Assembly (NCBI GenBank): GCA_030390025.1
Contig: CM059425.1
Location: forward strand, 162,938,001 to 163,002,000
Direction of reading: 5' to 3'
From: Squalus acanthias
Taxonomy: Eukaryota
DNA length: 64,000 bases
Below, in pieces: positions 36,796 to 49,257 of the stretch. The position numbers were made by a program, and so were the translations under genes. Position 1 is the stretch's first letter, and each line of letters starts with the position of its first letter. A model generated the notes under the pieces. It searched no databases, was not told the DNA's origin, and saw only the letters and a list, made by a program, of their open reading frames with translations.

Positions 36796-38564
36796 ATGGA
36801 GAGGGTGAGAGAACGCGCTCATCGCTTCACCGAGCGGGCCTTGGATGCTCTGGTTGACGCAGTGGAGCGCAGACGATGCATGCTGTTCCCGGAGAGTGGC
36901 AGGAGGCCTTTGCCACGCGAGTTCAGAAGAGTGTGGAGGGAGGTGGCTCAGAGCGTCTCCTCCAGGAGCATGGTGCCCAGGACCCATGTTCAATGCCGCA
37001 AAAAGTTCAACGACCTCACTCGGGTCGTCAGGGTGAGTGGCTTTTTCTCAATACCTCTCCATCCCTCCATCTCAACCTCACTCTATGGCCAGAGGGTCTT
37101 AAAACCCCAATGCACAACACTCATCCAACACCTATGGCCCTTTCATCAAACACACACACACATTCTACACTTTGCATACAGTAAGGGCTATTCACCTATG
37201 GGAGGCACATCAGGCAAGACCATGGCTGTATATTTACTCAGATGCTGTCCTTTTTCTTGCAGGCTAAGCTGGCTCATAATCGGAGACAGCAGCAACGGAC
37301 GGGTGGAGGGCGGCTTCAGCTGCAACCCCTCAGCGATCTGGAGGAGCGCGTCCACAGGATTGTGGCAAGCCGGGTGATCGGTCCCGTCGCCACTGGAGAC
37401 GCCGACCCCGTTGTGGACAGCAATGGTAAGGTCATCACCTTTTTGTCCTCTGTCCTTCCACTTGTCCCTCACAATACCAGCCTTTGACACTTTCAATCCA
37501 ACTTGCTAACTCGCTGCACTTATTCCTCCCTTACTGCCACCCTGTCCTCACGCTAAAGCCACTCTTGTACCTCCCTGCTTTCAGATGGTGATTCACCAGC
37601 TGAGGAGACGGGCCCTCAAGCTGCCACTGGGAGTGATGCTGCAGCCGAGGAGGAAGAGGAAGCCGGAGCATCAGTGCCACCCTCTCCCGAGGAAGCCCAT
37701 GCCCACACTGGGAACACGCCTTCCCCGGAGGGGAGCAGGGGGGAAGGGGCTGATGATGGTGAAGCTCCAGGACCCAGCGGGCTGCAGCAACGCCATGGGG
37801 GGAGTAGGGAAGAACGGGGGCCTTCTCCCCAGAGGGAGAGTATGCCAGACACTCCTACTGCAATGGACGCAGAGGAGGAGCGGCTGATTGCAGAAATGAA
37901 CAGCCAGGCGGTGGGCATGCACACTGAGCTCATGGGTGCAGTGGGAAGGGTGCCCGAATGCATTGAGTCACTGGCAAGGAGTGTGGAGCACTTCGCTGTA
38001 GCACAGGCGGATGCCACACTAACGCTTAGTGCTGCAATTCAGTCACTGGCTGCCGTGATCCCACCTCTGACTGCTCTCATACAGACTCAGATGGAGGCCA
38101 CGCGAGCACAGACTGCTGCCAACCTCGATGGTTCGTGCACATGTCCCCGGGGCTGTCACCGCGCCGCAGCAGGCCAGCAATCTGTTCTCCGGCAGATTGC
38201 TCCGGATGCTGAAGTGCTGCCCCGTGGGAGTGCCAGTGTGTCGGGCGAGCAGGGAGTTGCTGTCCTCTCTCACGATGACAGCATTCCTGCTGCCAACACT
38301 GTCACTTCTCCACTGCACTTGCCACCGCCTGTAGGACAGACTGCTGCCGCCCATGCAGAGTTGGTGCAGTCTGCAGCCGGGCCCTCCAGGCCCAGAAGTG
38401 GTCGAGGCCGTCCTTCAGGGGCATCTGCAGTGTCAGGGTCTGACGAGCAGCAGCCTTCCACCAGCCTTGCTGCAGCCACTGAGGTCCCATTACGGAGGAG
38501 CAGTAGGGTTGGAAGGGGGGAAGTGCGCAAGGGAAGGAGATCACCCTCGAAGGGCAAAAAGTAG
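36796..38564 (+). CDS. Harbinger Myb/SANT-like (trihelix) DNA-binding protein, 459 aa; join(36796..37032,37263..37425,37585..38564)
   Basis: MERVRERAHRFTERALDALVDAV...WREVAQSVSS...RTHVQCRKKFNDL; donors AGG|GTGAGT and ATG|GTAAGG; acceptors TTCTTGCAG| and CTTTCAG|; phases 0 and 1 join into 1380 nt in frame with ORF 37674..38564; basic NLS-like C-terminus. Confidence 0.88.
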
Positions 38565-38858
38565 GAGGTGTGCCAAAATGCTGGTCATTTTTTTATTAAA
38601 GGCCGAGGGTCGTGGTCCAACTTTTGTTTAGTGTTTTGGACATTATCTCCAGGTTGTGAGAACCAGTTATGTTATTGACTGTTTTTTTGTGTTTATTTCT
38701 ATGAGTTTGTCATGAGGAATTGACACACACAGAGTTTGTAAAATAAATAAGTTTCTGTTTTCAAAATATACATGGCTGGTGCTTGGAATTATTGGTGCCT
38801 TGGCCGGCTTAGGGGTTGCGTGCTGGGTTGATTAGTGTTTGTAGCAATGGCAGGGGCC

Positions 38859-40019
38859 CTAGAAGCGGCTTGCTATTAGTCGTTGACGGACGGCCCTTGC
38901 AGTTTGACCATTGTGGGCCGCCCTCCCGCCTTGGTGCTGCTGATGATCATCGTCCTCGTCCTCTTCCTCCTCTTCCTCCTCCTCCTCTGGTGGTGCTACA
39001 AGGCCTGGTGGCATTGGCTGGGTCCTGAGGATTGCCATGTTGTGCAACATGCAGCACACGACTACGAAGTTCGAAACTTGCTCAGGCGAGTACTGCAGGG
39101 CTCCTCCGGAATGGTCCAGACAGCGGAACCGTTGTTTCAGCACGCCGATTGTGCGCTCAATAATGTTCCTGGTTGCTTGATGGCTTTCATTGTACCGCAG
39201 CTCAGCAGGGGTGTTTGGCGTACGGAGCGGTGTCATCAGGCAGGTGCTCAATGCGTACCCCATGTCCCCCAGAAGCCAACCAACTGGCTGATGCGGTGCC
39301 TCGAAAACTTCTGCCACAGTAGTCTGGCGCAGGATGAAAGCATCGTGGCAGCTGCCCGGATAGTGGGCATTGACAGCGAGTATCACCTGTCTGTTGTCAC
39401 AGACCAACTGCACATTCAAGGAATGGAACCCCTTCCTGTTCCTGAATTCCTCTGCATTCTCTCGCGGAGCACGTAAAGCCACATGCGTGCAGTCAATGGC
39501 GCCCTGCACCATGGGGAAGCCCGCTACCCTCGCAAAGCCCAGAGCACGGTCACGCTGCTTGTCTGGGGTCATAGGGAAAGAGATGAAGTCTCGTCTCCTT
39601 CTGAAGAGGGCATTGGTGACCTGACGGATGCAGCGATGCACCGCAAACTGGGAGATATTGGCGAGGTCCCCAGCAGCAGCTTGGAATGAGCCAGTGGCGT
39701 AGAAGTTCAAAGCCACTGTGACCTTCACTGCCACCGACAGAGACGTCCTGGACCTCAGCTGAGGCTGCAGATCTGGCTGCAGCAGGTGGCAGAGCTCAGT
39801 GACCACCTCCTTGCTGAATCGCAGCCTCCGCAAACACAGCTCCTCGGACATATGGATGTAGGAGAGCTGTTCACGATATACCCTGGGAGGGTAAGCTCTC
39901 CTGTACATGCGCCTGATGGCCCTCCTCCGTCTGGCCATCATTGCCACTCTCTGTCTGCGTCTCTGTATCCTCCGATTCAGCTGGAGCAGGACGACGCCCC
40001 CAATCATTGCAGCCCCCAT
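38859..40019 (-). CDS. Harbinger DDE transposase (HARBI1-like, DDE_Tnp_4 + HTH), 386 aa from first AUG
   Basis: Uninterrupted [69 protein letters not shown], acidic tail. Confidence 0.95.
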   Translation of the reverse strand: MGAAMIGGVVLLQLNRRIQRRRQRVAMMARRRRAIRRMYRRAYPPRVYREQLSYIHMSEELCLRRLRFSKEVVTELCHLLQPDLQPQLRSRTSLSVAVKVTVALNFYATGSFQAAAGDLANISQFAVHRCIRQVTNALFRRRRDFISFPMTPDKQRDRALGFARVAGFPMVQGAIDCTHVALRAPRENAEEFRNRKGFHSLNVQLVCDNRQVILAVNAHYPGSCHDAFILRQTTVAEVFEAPHQPVGWLLGDMGYALSTCLMTPLRTPNTPAELRYNESHQATRNIIERTIGVLKQRFRCLDHSGGALQYSPEQVSNFVVVCCMLHNMAILRTQPMPPGLVAPPEEEEEEEEEDEDDDHQQHQGGRAAHNGQTARAVRQRLIASRF

Positions 40020-40209
40020 ATTCTCTTTGCCAGAAAAGTAATGAGGTACAGCAACTAAAGTAGCAACAAAGTTAGGATGAATAGGCAAAACTACCTCACA
40101 AAGCGTTGAGTCAATGTAGAAGTCTCTCTCTCTCTCTCCCCGAATCTCTCTCTCTCTCTCAGAACGAGTGGTGCATAAATGTCGACCACAGAAAAAGACA
40201 GGAAGAGGC

Positions 40210-40360
40210 CCCCTTTAAATAGCGCCCCCCCCAGCCCCACACCGATTGATAACGTTCCAGTCTTCCGGTCGTTGGAAGCGCCAGGCGGTAAGGCAGGGGG
40301 CGCCACTCAATTTCCGCTACGGGGCGCCCCAAGGGCGTTGCACCATGGAATGACGTCACA
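40210..40360 (-). promoter_or_regulatory. Putative transposase promoter (TATTTAAA, GC box, CRE palindrome)
   Basis: TATTTAAA on minus strand at 40214-40221, adjacent G-rich box, TGACGTCA at 40351-40358; retained in 47676-48568. Confidence 0.45.
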
Positions 40361-41269
40361 ATCTGCGCGCGCAGGTGGTCGCAGCGGTAAGTTTTAGCGC
40401 CGCCGCACAATCTCAAGTTAAGTTCTCGAGCGGCGCAAACAGCGCTGCGCCCGGGCGTTAGCGGCTTAATGCCCCATTAGCGCCCTCTTAAGGCGCTAAC
40501 GGGAGGCGCAACCAAGTGAATTTTTACCCCTAGACTTCTCACCGTCACCCAACTAATAAAAATCTGGCAATAATAGTTTCTGATGTATGTCTCTCCAGTT
40601 GAACGATACCATGGAAAAACATCTGCATGACTGAACTGATCAACTTGGCTAGGCACTAATGGTTATGCACCCTAAGTGGAACTTGATTAGGAGTAAACTA
40701 AAATATTTGAGAACATGCTTTGCTCACCCAAACCAGGAGATTTCAGGAAGGTTTTGAGAAAAGTTTTCAAAAGGGCAGAAGATTAATGGAAGTTAGAATG
40801 AGCTTTTAAAGGAGGCCTTCAAAAGACAAGAAAGTGTTGAGTGAAAGTTAGAAGATTAATCGAACAGGAGTAAAACTACAAGTATATCACAGCTGTTAGT
40901 TAATAGCCTTGGGGTTCTGGGCACAGAGAGTGAAATAAAAGTATAACAACAAAGAGAAATAACATACATGTGAGGTTAGTTAACCTAGGATGAGAAGGAG
41001 ACAACTGAAGAAAGAAGACAATGACCACAGATGGCAATCTTAAAAACCAAATGCAATTCTATCATACCATTGCAAAGTAAAATCCAGCTAATGTTGAGCA
41101 ATTGTAATAGTTAAATTACAGTTGATGGTGCCTACGATAATTTGGACTTTGTTGATTAATAGTAAATAATCAATTAGTTTAGATAACCTTGTATTAGGTA
41201 GGATCAGACTAAGAGAGAACACAAGATGGTCTAAGATTAGGTTTACTCCTGCTCCGATTTCTTATGTTC

Positions 41270-44055
41270 TTACAGCGTATGTATGTGAATGCACGAAGCA
41301 TAGTAAACAAGGTTGGTGAGCTGCAGGTGTAAATACCCACATGGGAATATGATGATGTGGCAATAACGGAGACCTGGCTCAAAAAAGGGCAGGATTGGGT
41401 ATTAAATATTCCTGGATATAAGGTGTTCAGGAAAGATAGGGAAGGAAAGATAGGAGGTGGTGTGGCAGTATTGGTTAAGGAGAATGTTACAGTGCTGGAG
41501 AGAAAGGATGTCCTGGAGGGGTCAAGGACAGAATCTATATGGCTAGAGTTAAGAAATAATAGAGGTGCCATTACACTACTAGGTGTATTCTATAGGCCAC
41601 CAACTAGTGGGAAAAATATGGAGGAGCAAATTTGCAGAGAAATTACAGAGAGATGCAAGAACTATAGAGTAGTGATAATGGAGGACTTCAACTATCCTAA
41701 TATAGACTGGGATAGTTATAGTGTAAAGGGCACAGAGAGGGAACAATTTCTGAAGTGTGTTCAGGAGAACTTTCTTGATCAGTATGTTTCCGGCCCAACG
41801 AGGAAGGAGGCATTGCTGGATCTGGTTCTGGGGAACGAGGTAGGTCAAATGGAGCAAGTGTCAGTCGGGGATCATTTAGGGAACAGTGATCATAGTATCA
41901 TACGGTTTAGATTAGCTATGGAAAAGAACAGGGAGAAATCTAGAGTAAAAATACTTAATTGGAGGAAGGCCAGTTTCAGTGGGAGGAGAACAGATCTGGC
42001 CTGGGTAAATTGGAATCAAAGATTGGCAAGCAAAACGGTAATGGAACAATGGGCTGCCTTTAAAGAGGAAATAGTTTGGGTACAGTTGAGATACCTTCCC
42101 ACTAGGGGGAAGGGTAGGGCAACTAAAGTCAGAGCTCCCTGGATGATGAAAGAGCTAGAGAGTAAGATGAAGCAGAAAAAGAGTGCGTATGACAGATGTC
42201 AGGTCAAGAATACATCTAAGAATCAGGCTAAATATAGAAAGTTCAGAGAAGTGAAAAAGAAAATAAGAGGGGCAAAGAGAGGGTATGAGAATAGAATGGC
42301 AGCTAACATAAAAGGGAATCCAAAAGTCTTCTATAGGTATATAAATAGTAAAAGGGTAGTAAGAGGAGTTGTGGGGCTGATTATGGACCAAAAAGGAGAC
42401 CTACGCATGGAGGCAGAGGGTATGGCTGAGGTGCTAAAGGAGTACTTTGCATCTGTCTTCACCAAGGAAGAAGATGTTGCCATAGACATAGACAAAGCGT
42501 GGAAATTATGATGCATCCTAGGACGCTGAGGGAAGTGAAGGAAGAAATCGCAGAGGTACTGGCCATAATCTTCCAATCCTCCTTAGAAACGGGGGTGGTG
42601 CCAGAGGAAAGGAGAATTACAAATGTTACACCCTTCTTCAAAAAAGGGTGTAAAGATAAACCCAGCAACTACAGGCCAGTCAGTTTAACCTCGGTAGTGG
42701 GAAGCTTTTAGATACAATAATCAAGGACAAAAGTCACTTGGACAAGTGTGGATTAATTAAGGAAAGCCAGCACGGATTTTTTAAAGACAAATCGTGTTTA
42801 ACCAACTTGATTGAGTTTTTTGATGAGATAACAGAGAGGGTTGATGAGGGCAATGCAGTTGACGTGGTGTACATGGATTTCCAAAAGGTGTTCGACAAAG
42901 TGCCACATAATAGGCTTGCCAGCAAAGTTGAAGCCCATAGAATAAAAAGGGACAGTGGCAGCATGGATACGAAATTGGCTGAGTGATAGGAAACAGAGAG
43001 TAGTGGTGAACGGTTGTTTTTCGGACTGGAGGAAGGTATACATACAGTGGTGTTCCCCAGGGGTCAGTTCTAGGACCACTGCTTTTCTTGATATATATTA
43101 ATGACTTGGATGTGCAAGGAGCATTGCAAAATTTCAAAATTTACAGATGACACAAAACTTGGAACTTCAGTGAACAGTGAGGAAGATAGCAATAGACTTC
43201 AAGAGGACATAGACAGGCTGGTGGAATGGGCGGACACGTGTCAGATGAAATTTAACGCAGAAAAGTGCGAAGTGATCATTCTTTCTACCAAAATGTAAGA
43301 GAGGAAATATAAACTAAAGGGTACAATCCTAAAGGGGGTGCAGGAGCAGAGAGATCTAGGGGTATATGTGCACAAATCATTGAAGGTGGCAGGGCAGGTT
43401 GAGAAAGCAGTTAAAAAAGCTTACGGGATCCTAGGCTTCATGAAGAGAGGTATAAAAGTGTGAAAATTATGATGAACCTGTATAAAACACTGGTTTGGCC
43501 TCAACTGGAGTATTGTGTCCATTTCTGGGCACCACACTTTAGGAAGGTTGTGAAGGCCTTAGAGAGGGTGCAGAAAAGATTTACGAGAATGATTCCAGGG
43601 ATGAGGGACTTCAGTCATGTGGATAGACTGGAGAAGCTGGGGTTGTTCTCCTTAGAGCAGAGAAGATTGAGAGGAGATTTGATAGAGGTGTTCAAAATCA
43701 TGAGGGGTCTGGACAGAGTAGATAGAGAGAAACTGTTCCCATTGGCAGAAGGGTCGAGAACCAGAGGACACAGAATTAAGGTGATTAGCAGAAGAACCAA
43801 AGGCGACATGAGAAAACATTTTTTTACTCAGCGAGTGGTTAGGATCTGGAATGCACTGCCTGAAAGGATGGTGGAGGCAGACTCAACTGTGGCTTTCAAA
43901 AGGGAATTGGAGAAGTACCTGAAGAAAAAAAAATTGCTAGACTATGGGGAAAGGGCGGGGGAGTGGGACTAGCTAAAGTGATCTTGCAGAGAGCCGGCAT
44001 GGCTCGACGGGCCGAATGACCTTCTTCCGTGCTGTAACCATTCTATGATTCTATA
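41270..44055 (+). mobile_element. CR1 LINE ORF2 (EN + RT) with stops, frameshifts and an internal deletion near 42490
   Basis: ORF 41357..42511 (AITETWL, YRPP, DFNYP, SDH), RT pieces to 43972, ATTCTATG tail. Confidence 0.95.
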
Positions 44056-44614
44056 ATTCTAGTTAATGTGTTTCTGTGTCCAACTTCATTTTTTATGACT
44101 CTGGCATGTAAGAGTTAATTACACTTTACTTCGTGCTGCACTGTGAAGCTGTTGTAGTTGATTTGTGCTGGGCTATGAGAGACAGTCTGAAGGCAAACTA
44201 ATTTGGATATCTTAAGGCATGAATAGTAGAATCTAATTCGATTTACTGATATGTATGCGTTAGGAATGGAAATCTGATGCTCTTTATGTAATGTAGATTG
44301 CATATTGGATTTTTGAATACAACGGTCTGGAAATCCTGCAAAATCTCTATGGGGGCAGAAGTGCAGCAGGCCAGGACCTCTGCCCGCCATTGCAACCTTG
44401 CCATGACCCTGAACTAAGTTGTAGAGACAGGGTCACTAGAATAATTCGGACAAACAACCCGCACCTGTAGAGGCACCCACCTTGCTGTGCTGTCAAAATC
44501 TCGGATGGTCACCCAGCCGCTCCAAGGGGAAGCTCTATACCCTTATTGGACCAAAGATTGCAGTCATTTTTTCCTTAATCTCCCACAGGGAACATTTGGC
44601 CAGAAATTATAAGA

Positions 44615-45128
44615 TAAATGCTCTTCTGACCGGCCTCCCACTTTACACCCTCTGTAAACTTGAGCTTATTAAAATCTCTGTGATCAGTATCCTAACTCGC
44701 ACCAAGTCCTGTTCACCCATCACCCCTGTGCACATTGATCTACACTGGCTTTTGGTCTGGCAACGCCTCAATTTTAAAATTCTCATCCTGGTTTTCAAAT
44801 TCCTATTTGGCCTCACCCTACCCTATCTCTGTAACCTCCTCCAGCCCTACAACCCTCCGAGATCTCTGCGCTCCTTCAATGCTGGCCTCCTGCAAATCCC
44901 CGATTTTCATCTGGCATTCCCTTCTTAAACCTCCCCACATCTCTACCTCTCGCTCCTCCTTTAATACGCTCCTTAAAACCTACCTCTTTAACGATGCTTT
45001 TAGTCATCTTTCCTGCTATCTCCTTATGTGGCTCGGTGTCACATTTTGTTTGATATCGCTCCTGTGAAGTGCCTTGGGACATTTTACTATGTTAAAGGCG
45101 CTATATAAATGCAAGTTTTTGTTGTTGT
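44615..45128 (+). mobile_element. L2 LINE 3' fragment
   Basis: PITPVHIDLHWL.VWQRLNFKILILVFK; (GTT)n tail. Confidence 0.85.
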
Positions 45129-45244
45129 GGGTATTTTGTAGGGAGTCAGCATGGCCAGAGGCTTTGCTGAGTCTGTCATTCCAACCTCATGAGGCCACCA
45201 ATAAAATGAAGATACTTTACATACATGAACTGGTGATCAAATCA

Positions 45245-45955
45245 CTTTCTTTTTATTCATTCAGGGATTGTGGGCGTCGCTGGCAAGGCCAGCACTTATT
45301 GCCCATCCCTAGTTGCCCTTGAGAAGGTGGTGGTGAGCCGCCTTCTTGAACCACTGCAGTCTGTGTGGTGAAGGTACTCCCACAGTGCTGTTAGGTAGGG
45401 AGTTCCAGGATTTTGACCCAGCGACGATGAAGGATCGGCGATATACTTCTGTCAGGATGGTGTGTGACTTGGAGGGGAACTTGGAGGTGGTGGTGTTTCC
45501 ATGTGCCTGCTGCCCTTGTCCTTCTAGGTGGAAGAGGTCGGGGGTTTGGGAGGTGCTGCCGAAGAAGCCTTGGCGAGTTGCTGCAGTGCATCTTGTAGAT
45601 GGTACACACTGCAGCCAAGGTACACCGGTGGTGGAGGGAGTAAATGTTTATGGTGGTGGATGGGGTGCCAATCAAGCGGGCTGCTTTGTCCTGGATGGTG
45701 TCGAGCTTCTTGACTGTTGCTGGAGCTGCACTCATCCAGGCAAGTGGAGAGTATTCCATCACACTCCTTACTTGTGCCTTGTAGATGGGGGAAAGACTTT
45801 GGGGAGTCAGGAGATGAGACACTCGCCACAGAATACCTAGCCTCTGACCTGCTCTTGTCGCCACAGTATTTATGTGGCTGGTCCAGTTAAGTTTCTGGTC
45901 AATGGTAACCCCAGGATGTTGATGGTGGGGGATTCGGCGATGGTAAGCCATTGAA
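45245..45955 (-). mobile_element. CR1/L2-group LINE family B, 3' fragment
   Basis: GVTIDQKLNWTSHIN..RAGQRLGILWRV..YKAQVRSVMEYS; same family as 51215-52572 and 54310-56313. Confidence 0.85.
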
Positions 45956-46260
45956 TGGAACTGCTGCATGGAACAGGTAAGTGCCTTTCCAGCACTGCTT
46001 GTGGGCCAGGAGGAGCAGGAGTGCTTCCCCCGGGTCCCCAAGCAAACCAATTAACCTCCCCAGAGATCGGACCCCACCCTCCCCACGATCCAATGCCCTC
46101 CCAACGTCCTCCCGCCCCCCCACCCCATGTCCTCTACGAGCCCCCCGCAATCTTCTCCCCTCCTCCCCCGATCTCTCCAGCCCCTTGCATGATCTTCTCC
46201 CCTCCTCCCCCTGATTTCACTGCCATGATCCGGGTTCACGCCTCTGTAAATATCGGAGCC
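45956..46260. mobile_element. MITE fragment homologous to the right half of 60252-61111
   Basis: Shared AGGTAAGTG..CACTGCTTGTGGGCCAGGAGGAGCAGGAGTG followed by a C-rich tract. Confidence 0.6.
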
Positions 46261-47629
46261 CATGAGAATGTGTGCTCCCCGGAATCATGTTGCTTTGTAC
46301 ATAGACTATATATTACTGCAAAGGAATAAGCCCACATATAGAGCAGAATATAGGGAAAAAAAAGATTTGTATACAGCTCATTTGCATGCAAATCTTTTTG
46401 ACTCTACTTATATTCAAACAAACTATTAATGAGCCATGCACTCTGCCAGGTGTATAGATAATACTGCAGGTAGTAACTTTTAAAGGGGACTGTCATCAGG
46501 AATATCTACTTTGCAAAAAATAATGCTGTAAACTATATTCCTTTCTTCAGGGAGCAGTATCTGAATCAGAAAAGTTTTACAATTTTTTTTTCATTTGAGT
46601 GTTAATAGGATGGTCATCATACAAAGCTACTATATGAAGAATGCCACAGATTATCAATACAATTCCATCCATTGGATTTTAAGAGTGGAATATCAATGGA
46701 AAACATGAAACAAGAGAAGGGCAATCGAACACACACTTTCATTGACCATGTACAATCTACCCTTCCATCACCTCTATTCCACCCATTTAATCTCCTGAGG
46801 GAAAGTACAGCATAAATACTACTTCATCCTCAACGCCTGTCAATTAAAAGTCCCCAATATTCACCCACTTTCACATATCCAAGATTCAATCTGGGCTGCT
46901 GTTCTCCAAATGTTCCCATCCTCCCAGCAGCATGGGAACCATCGTATACCATGGAATATTTGATCACCTCTGTTCGTACCTAGCTGCAATTCTGTTCCCG
47001 TAAAAGATGTATATTAAATTCCTCTTTGAAGGATTTAATCAAGTCAACATCTACTGCTTTTGTGGGACACGGTTCCAAATATCCACTATTTTTAGGTAAA
47101 ACTTATTTCTAACCTTGCTTGAGGTTTGCTAATTTTAAACCTGTGGCCGCGAAATTTGGAGGTGTAGCGCCGGCCGCTAAGGCCGGTTTTGCTGAAAAAA
47201 TGGCGGCTGCCTAACTTCTGCCTGCTCAAGCCATGGGGGTTGCACCACGTAGGAGCAGAAGGAAAAGGAAGAGTAAAGCTTTGTAGTTGCATAAGGGTAT
47301 GTACATGGGTGTATGATAAAATGTAATGTTAAGTTTCTGTTGTTTATAGGAATATAGGAGCAAGAGTAGGCCATTCAGCCCATCGAGCCGGTTCCACCAT
47401 TTAATGAGTGACCTAACTCCATATACCCGCCTTTGGCCCATATCCCTTAATACCTTTGGTTAACAAAAAACTATTAATCTCAGATTTAAAATTAACAATT
47501 GATCTAGCATCAATTGCCGTTTGTGGAAGAGAGTTCCAAACTTCTACCACCCTTTGTGTGTAGAAGTGTTTCTTAATTTCACTCCTGAAAGGTCTGGCTC
47601 TAATTTTTAGACTATGCCCCCTAGCCCAA

Positions 47630-49257
47630 GGGGGAGGAATTCGATATAGCCGCATTTGGGGCGCTAAAACTTTAAGGGGTAGAAATTAGGTCGCGCCCCA
47701 TTTGGGGCGCAAATATCGTCTGGACGCAAATATTAGCGCCTGGCGCTAATTATCGGCACTGACTGGAAACTTCACTTTTACCGCCCCGGGAGGTGAGTGG
47801 AGCGCTAAAGCAGGCGCTGCACACCTGTCTTAAGGCGCAAAGGCCAAGGAGTGAGGCGCTACCTCAGAGCGCTGGCGAAGCTCATGTAATGTCAGTCAGC
47901 AATGGAACACACACACAATGGCACGGGCCAGTTCTTAAAGGGGATGGTTAATCTTGCTTTCCATCCACATCCTGTTCATTGCAGCCTTGAATCTCGGCCT
48001 GGAGAGACCTGCACATCAAATGTGCTGGAAAGAACAATGGAGAGTACCAGGCAAAGAGCTCAGAGTGCAGCTCCCACAGTCTCTGCTAAATCGATACAAG
48101 GAATGGCAAATCAAAATGAACCTGCAAAGTGCTGCTCAGTACCCAAAACTCCTTCACACAACGTTGAATCTCTCCAGAAGTCTCTCCCTCTCTCTCTCAG
48201 AATGCGTAGTTCAAAAATGCCACCAACAATAAAAGACAGGAAGAGGCTCCCTTTAAATAGCGCCCCCCCCAGCCCCACAGCGATTGATAGCGTTCCAGTC
48301 TTCTGGTCGTTGGATGCGCCAGGCGGTAAGGCAGGGGGCACCACTCAATTTCCGCTCCGGGGCGCCACAAGGGCGTTGCACCATGGAATGACGTCACAAT
48401 CTGCGCGCGCAGGTGGTCGCAGCGGTAAGTTTTAGCGCCGCCGCACAATCTCAAGTTAAGTTCTCGAGCAGCGCAAACATCGCTGCGCCCGGGCGTTAGC
48501 GGCTTTGCACCCCATTAGCGCCCTCTTAAGGCGCTAACGGGAGGCGCAACCAACTGAATTTTTACCCCTAAAAGTTGAAAATTTAGCGCCAGGCACTAAT
48601 CATTCTCGCCTCCCGCAAAATTCAGTTTTAGTGCTAACCATTTCTCTTAGGGCGCTAAAGTCTGAGAGCGGGGCGGTAGCAGCAGAGCGCTAAACAATTT
48701 TGAGCGGCACTCTCACAGAGGCTGCTTTCCTCGCTTAAAGCGAAGGGCCAATGATGCTGCACAAGCTAATTGTCGTTAGTTCTGTTTTGCAAGGCGACCT
48801 GGGCGACTGCCATTAAAGCCCCAAACACTCTCACAAAGTGGAGGGCTTGGACATCTTGCACCAATGAAACATTAAAAACTTTGTGCAGGCACCAGACTGG
48901 TGCACATAATAAAGGTTGCACTAGCTGAAAAGCATTCTCTTTAATTACCGCTCCTGAAGCGGCCAGCCGAGTTCACAACGCCTCCTCTTGTTGGTGTTGT
49001 CAGTGCGAGGCGATAAAGCAGGGGGCGAGAGTCAATTTTCCATCCGGGGCAATAACGGGGCGCTGCGCACTTTATGATGTCACAATCTACGAGGCGCTAG
49101 AGTCCCAGGCGCTAAGAGTTAGCGCCAGCGCTAAACTGGCACTGAAGTTCGCGGACATGGCAGCATTCGCCGCGCCCGGGCGCTAACCCCTTAGTGCCCC
49201 GTTAGCGCCCCCGCCAGGTGCTAACGGGTGGCACTAACATACCGAATTACGTGGCGC
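47630..49257. mobile_element. Harbinger-type MITE (outer), hosts 47676-48568
   Basis: Left GGGGGAGGAATTCG, degenerate right CCGAATT..; many GGCGCTAA/TTAGCGCC motifs; CR1 resumes at TAGAATCCCC. Confidence 0.75.
47676..48568 (+). mobile_element. Non-autonomous derivative with the termini of the autonomous Harbinger, TAA TSD
   Basis: TAA|GGGGTAGAAATT ... AATTTTTACCCC|TAA; first ~190 bp and last ~330 bp nearly identical to 36439-40530. Confidence 0.92.

Larger units (their letters stand above)
36439..40530. mobile_element. Apparently intact autonomous PIF/Harbinger DNA transposon, 4092 bp
   Basis: TAG|GGGGTAGAAATT ... AATTTTTACCCC|TAG (11/12 TIR match, 3-bp TSD); two convergent open genes. Confidence 0.95.

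Noticed and set aside
37033..37377. ORF 36784..37377 as a single-exon protein
   Set aside because: After 37032 it reads intron and then exon 2 out of frame; the spliced model is supported by the decayed paralog.
40020..40088. 23-aa N-terminal extension of the transposase in the ORF track
   Set aside because: It starts at a non-AUG codon and looks like 5' UTR or a small intron; the first AUG is at 40019.
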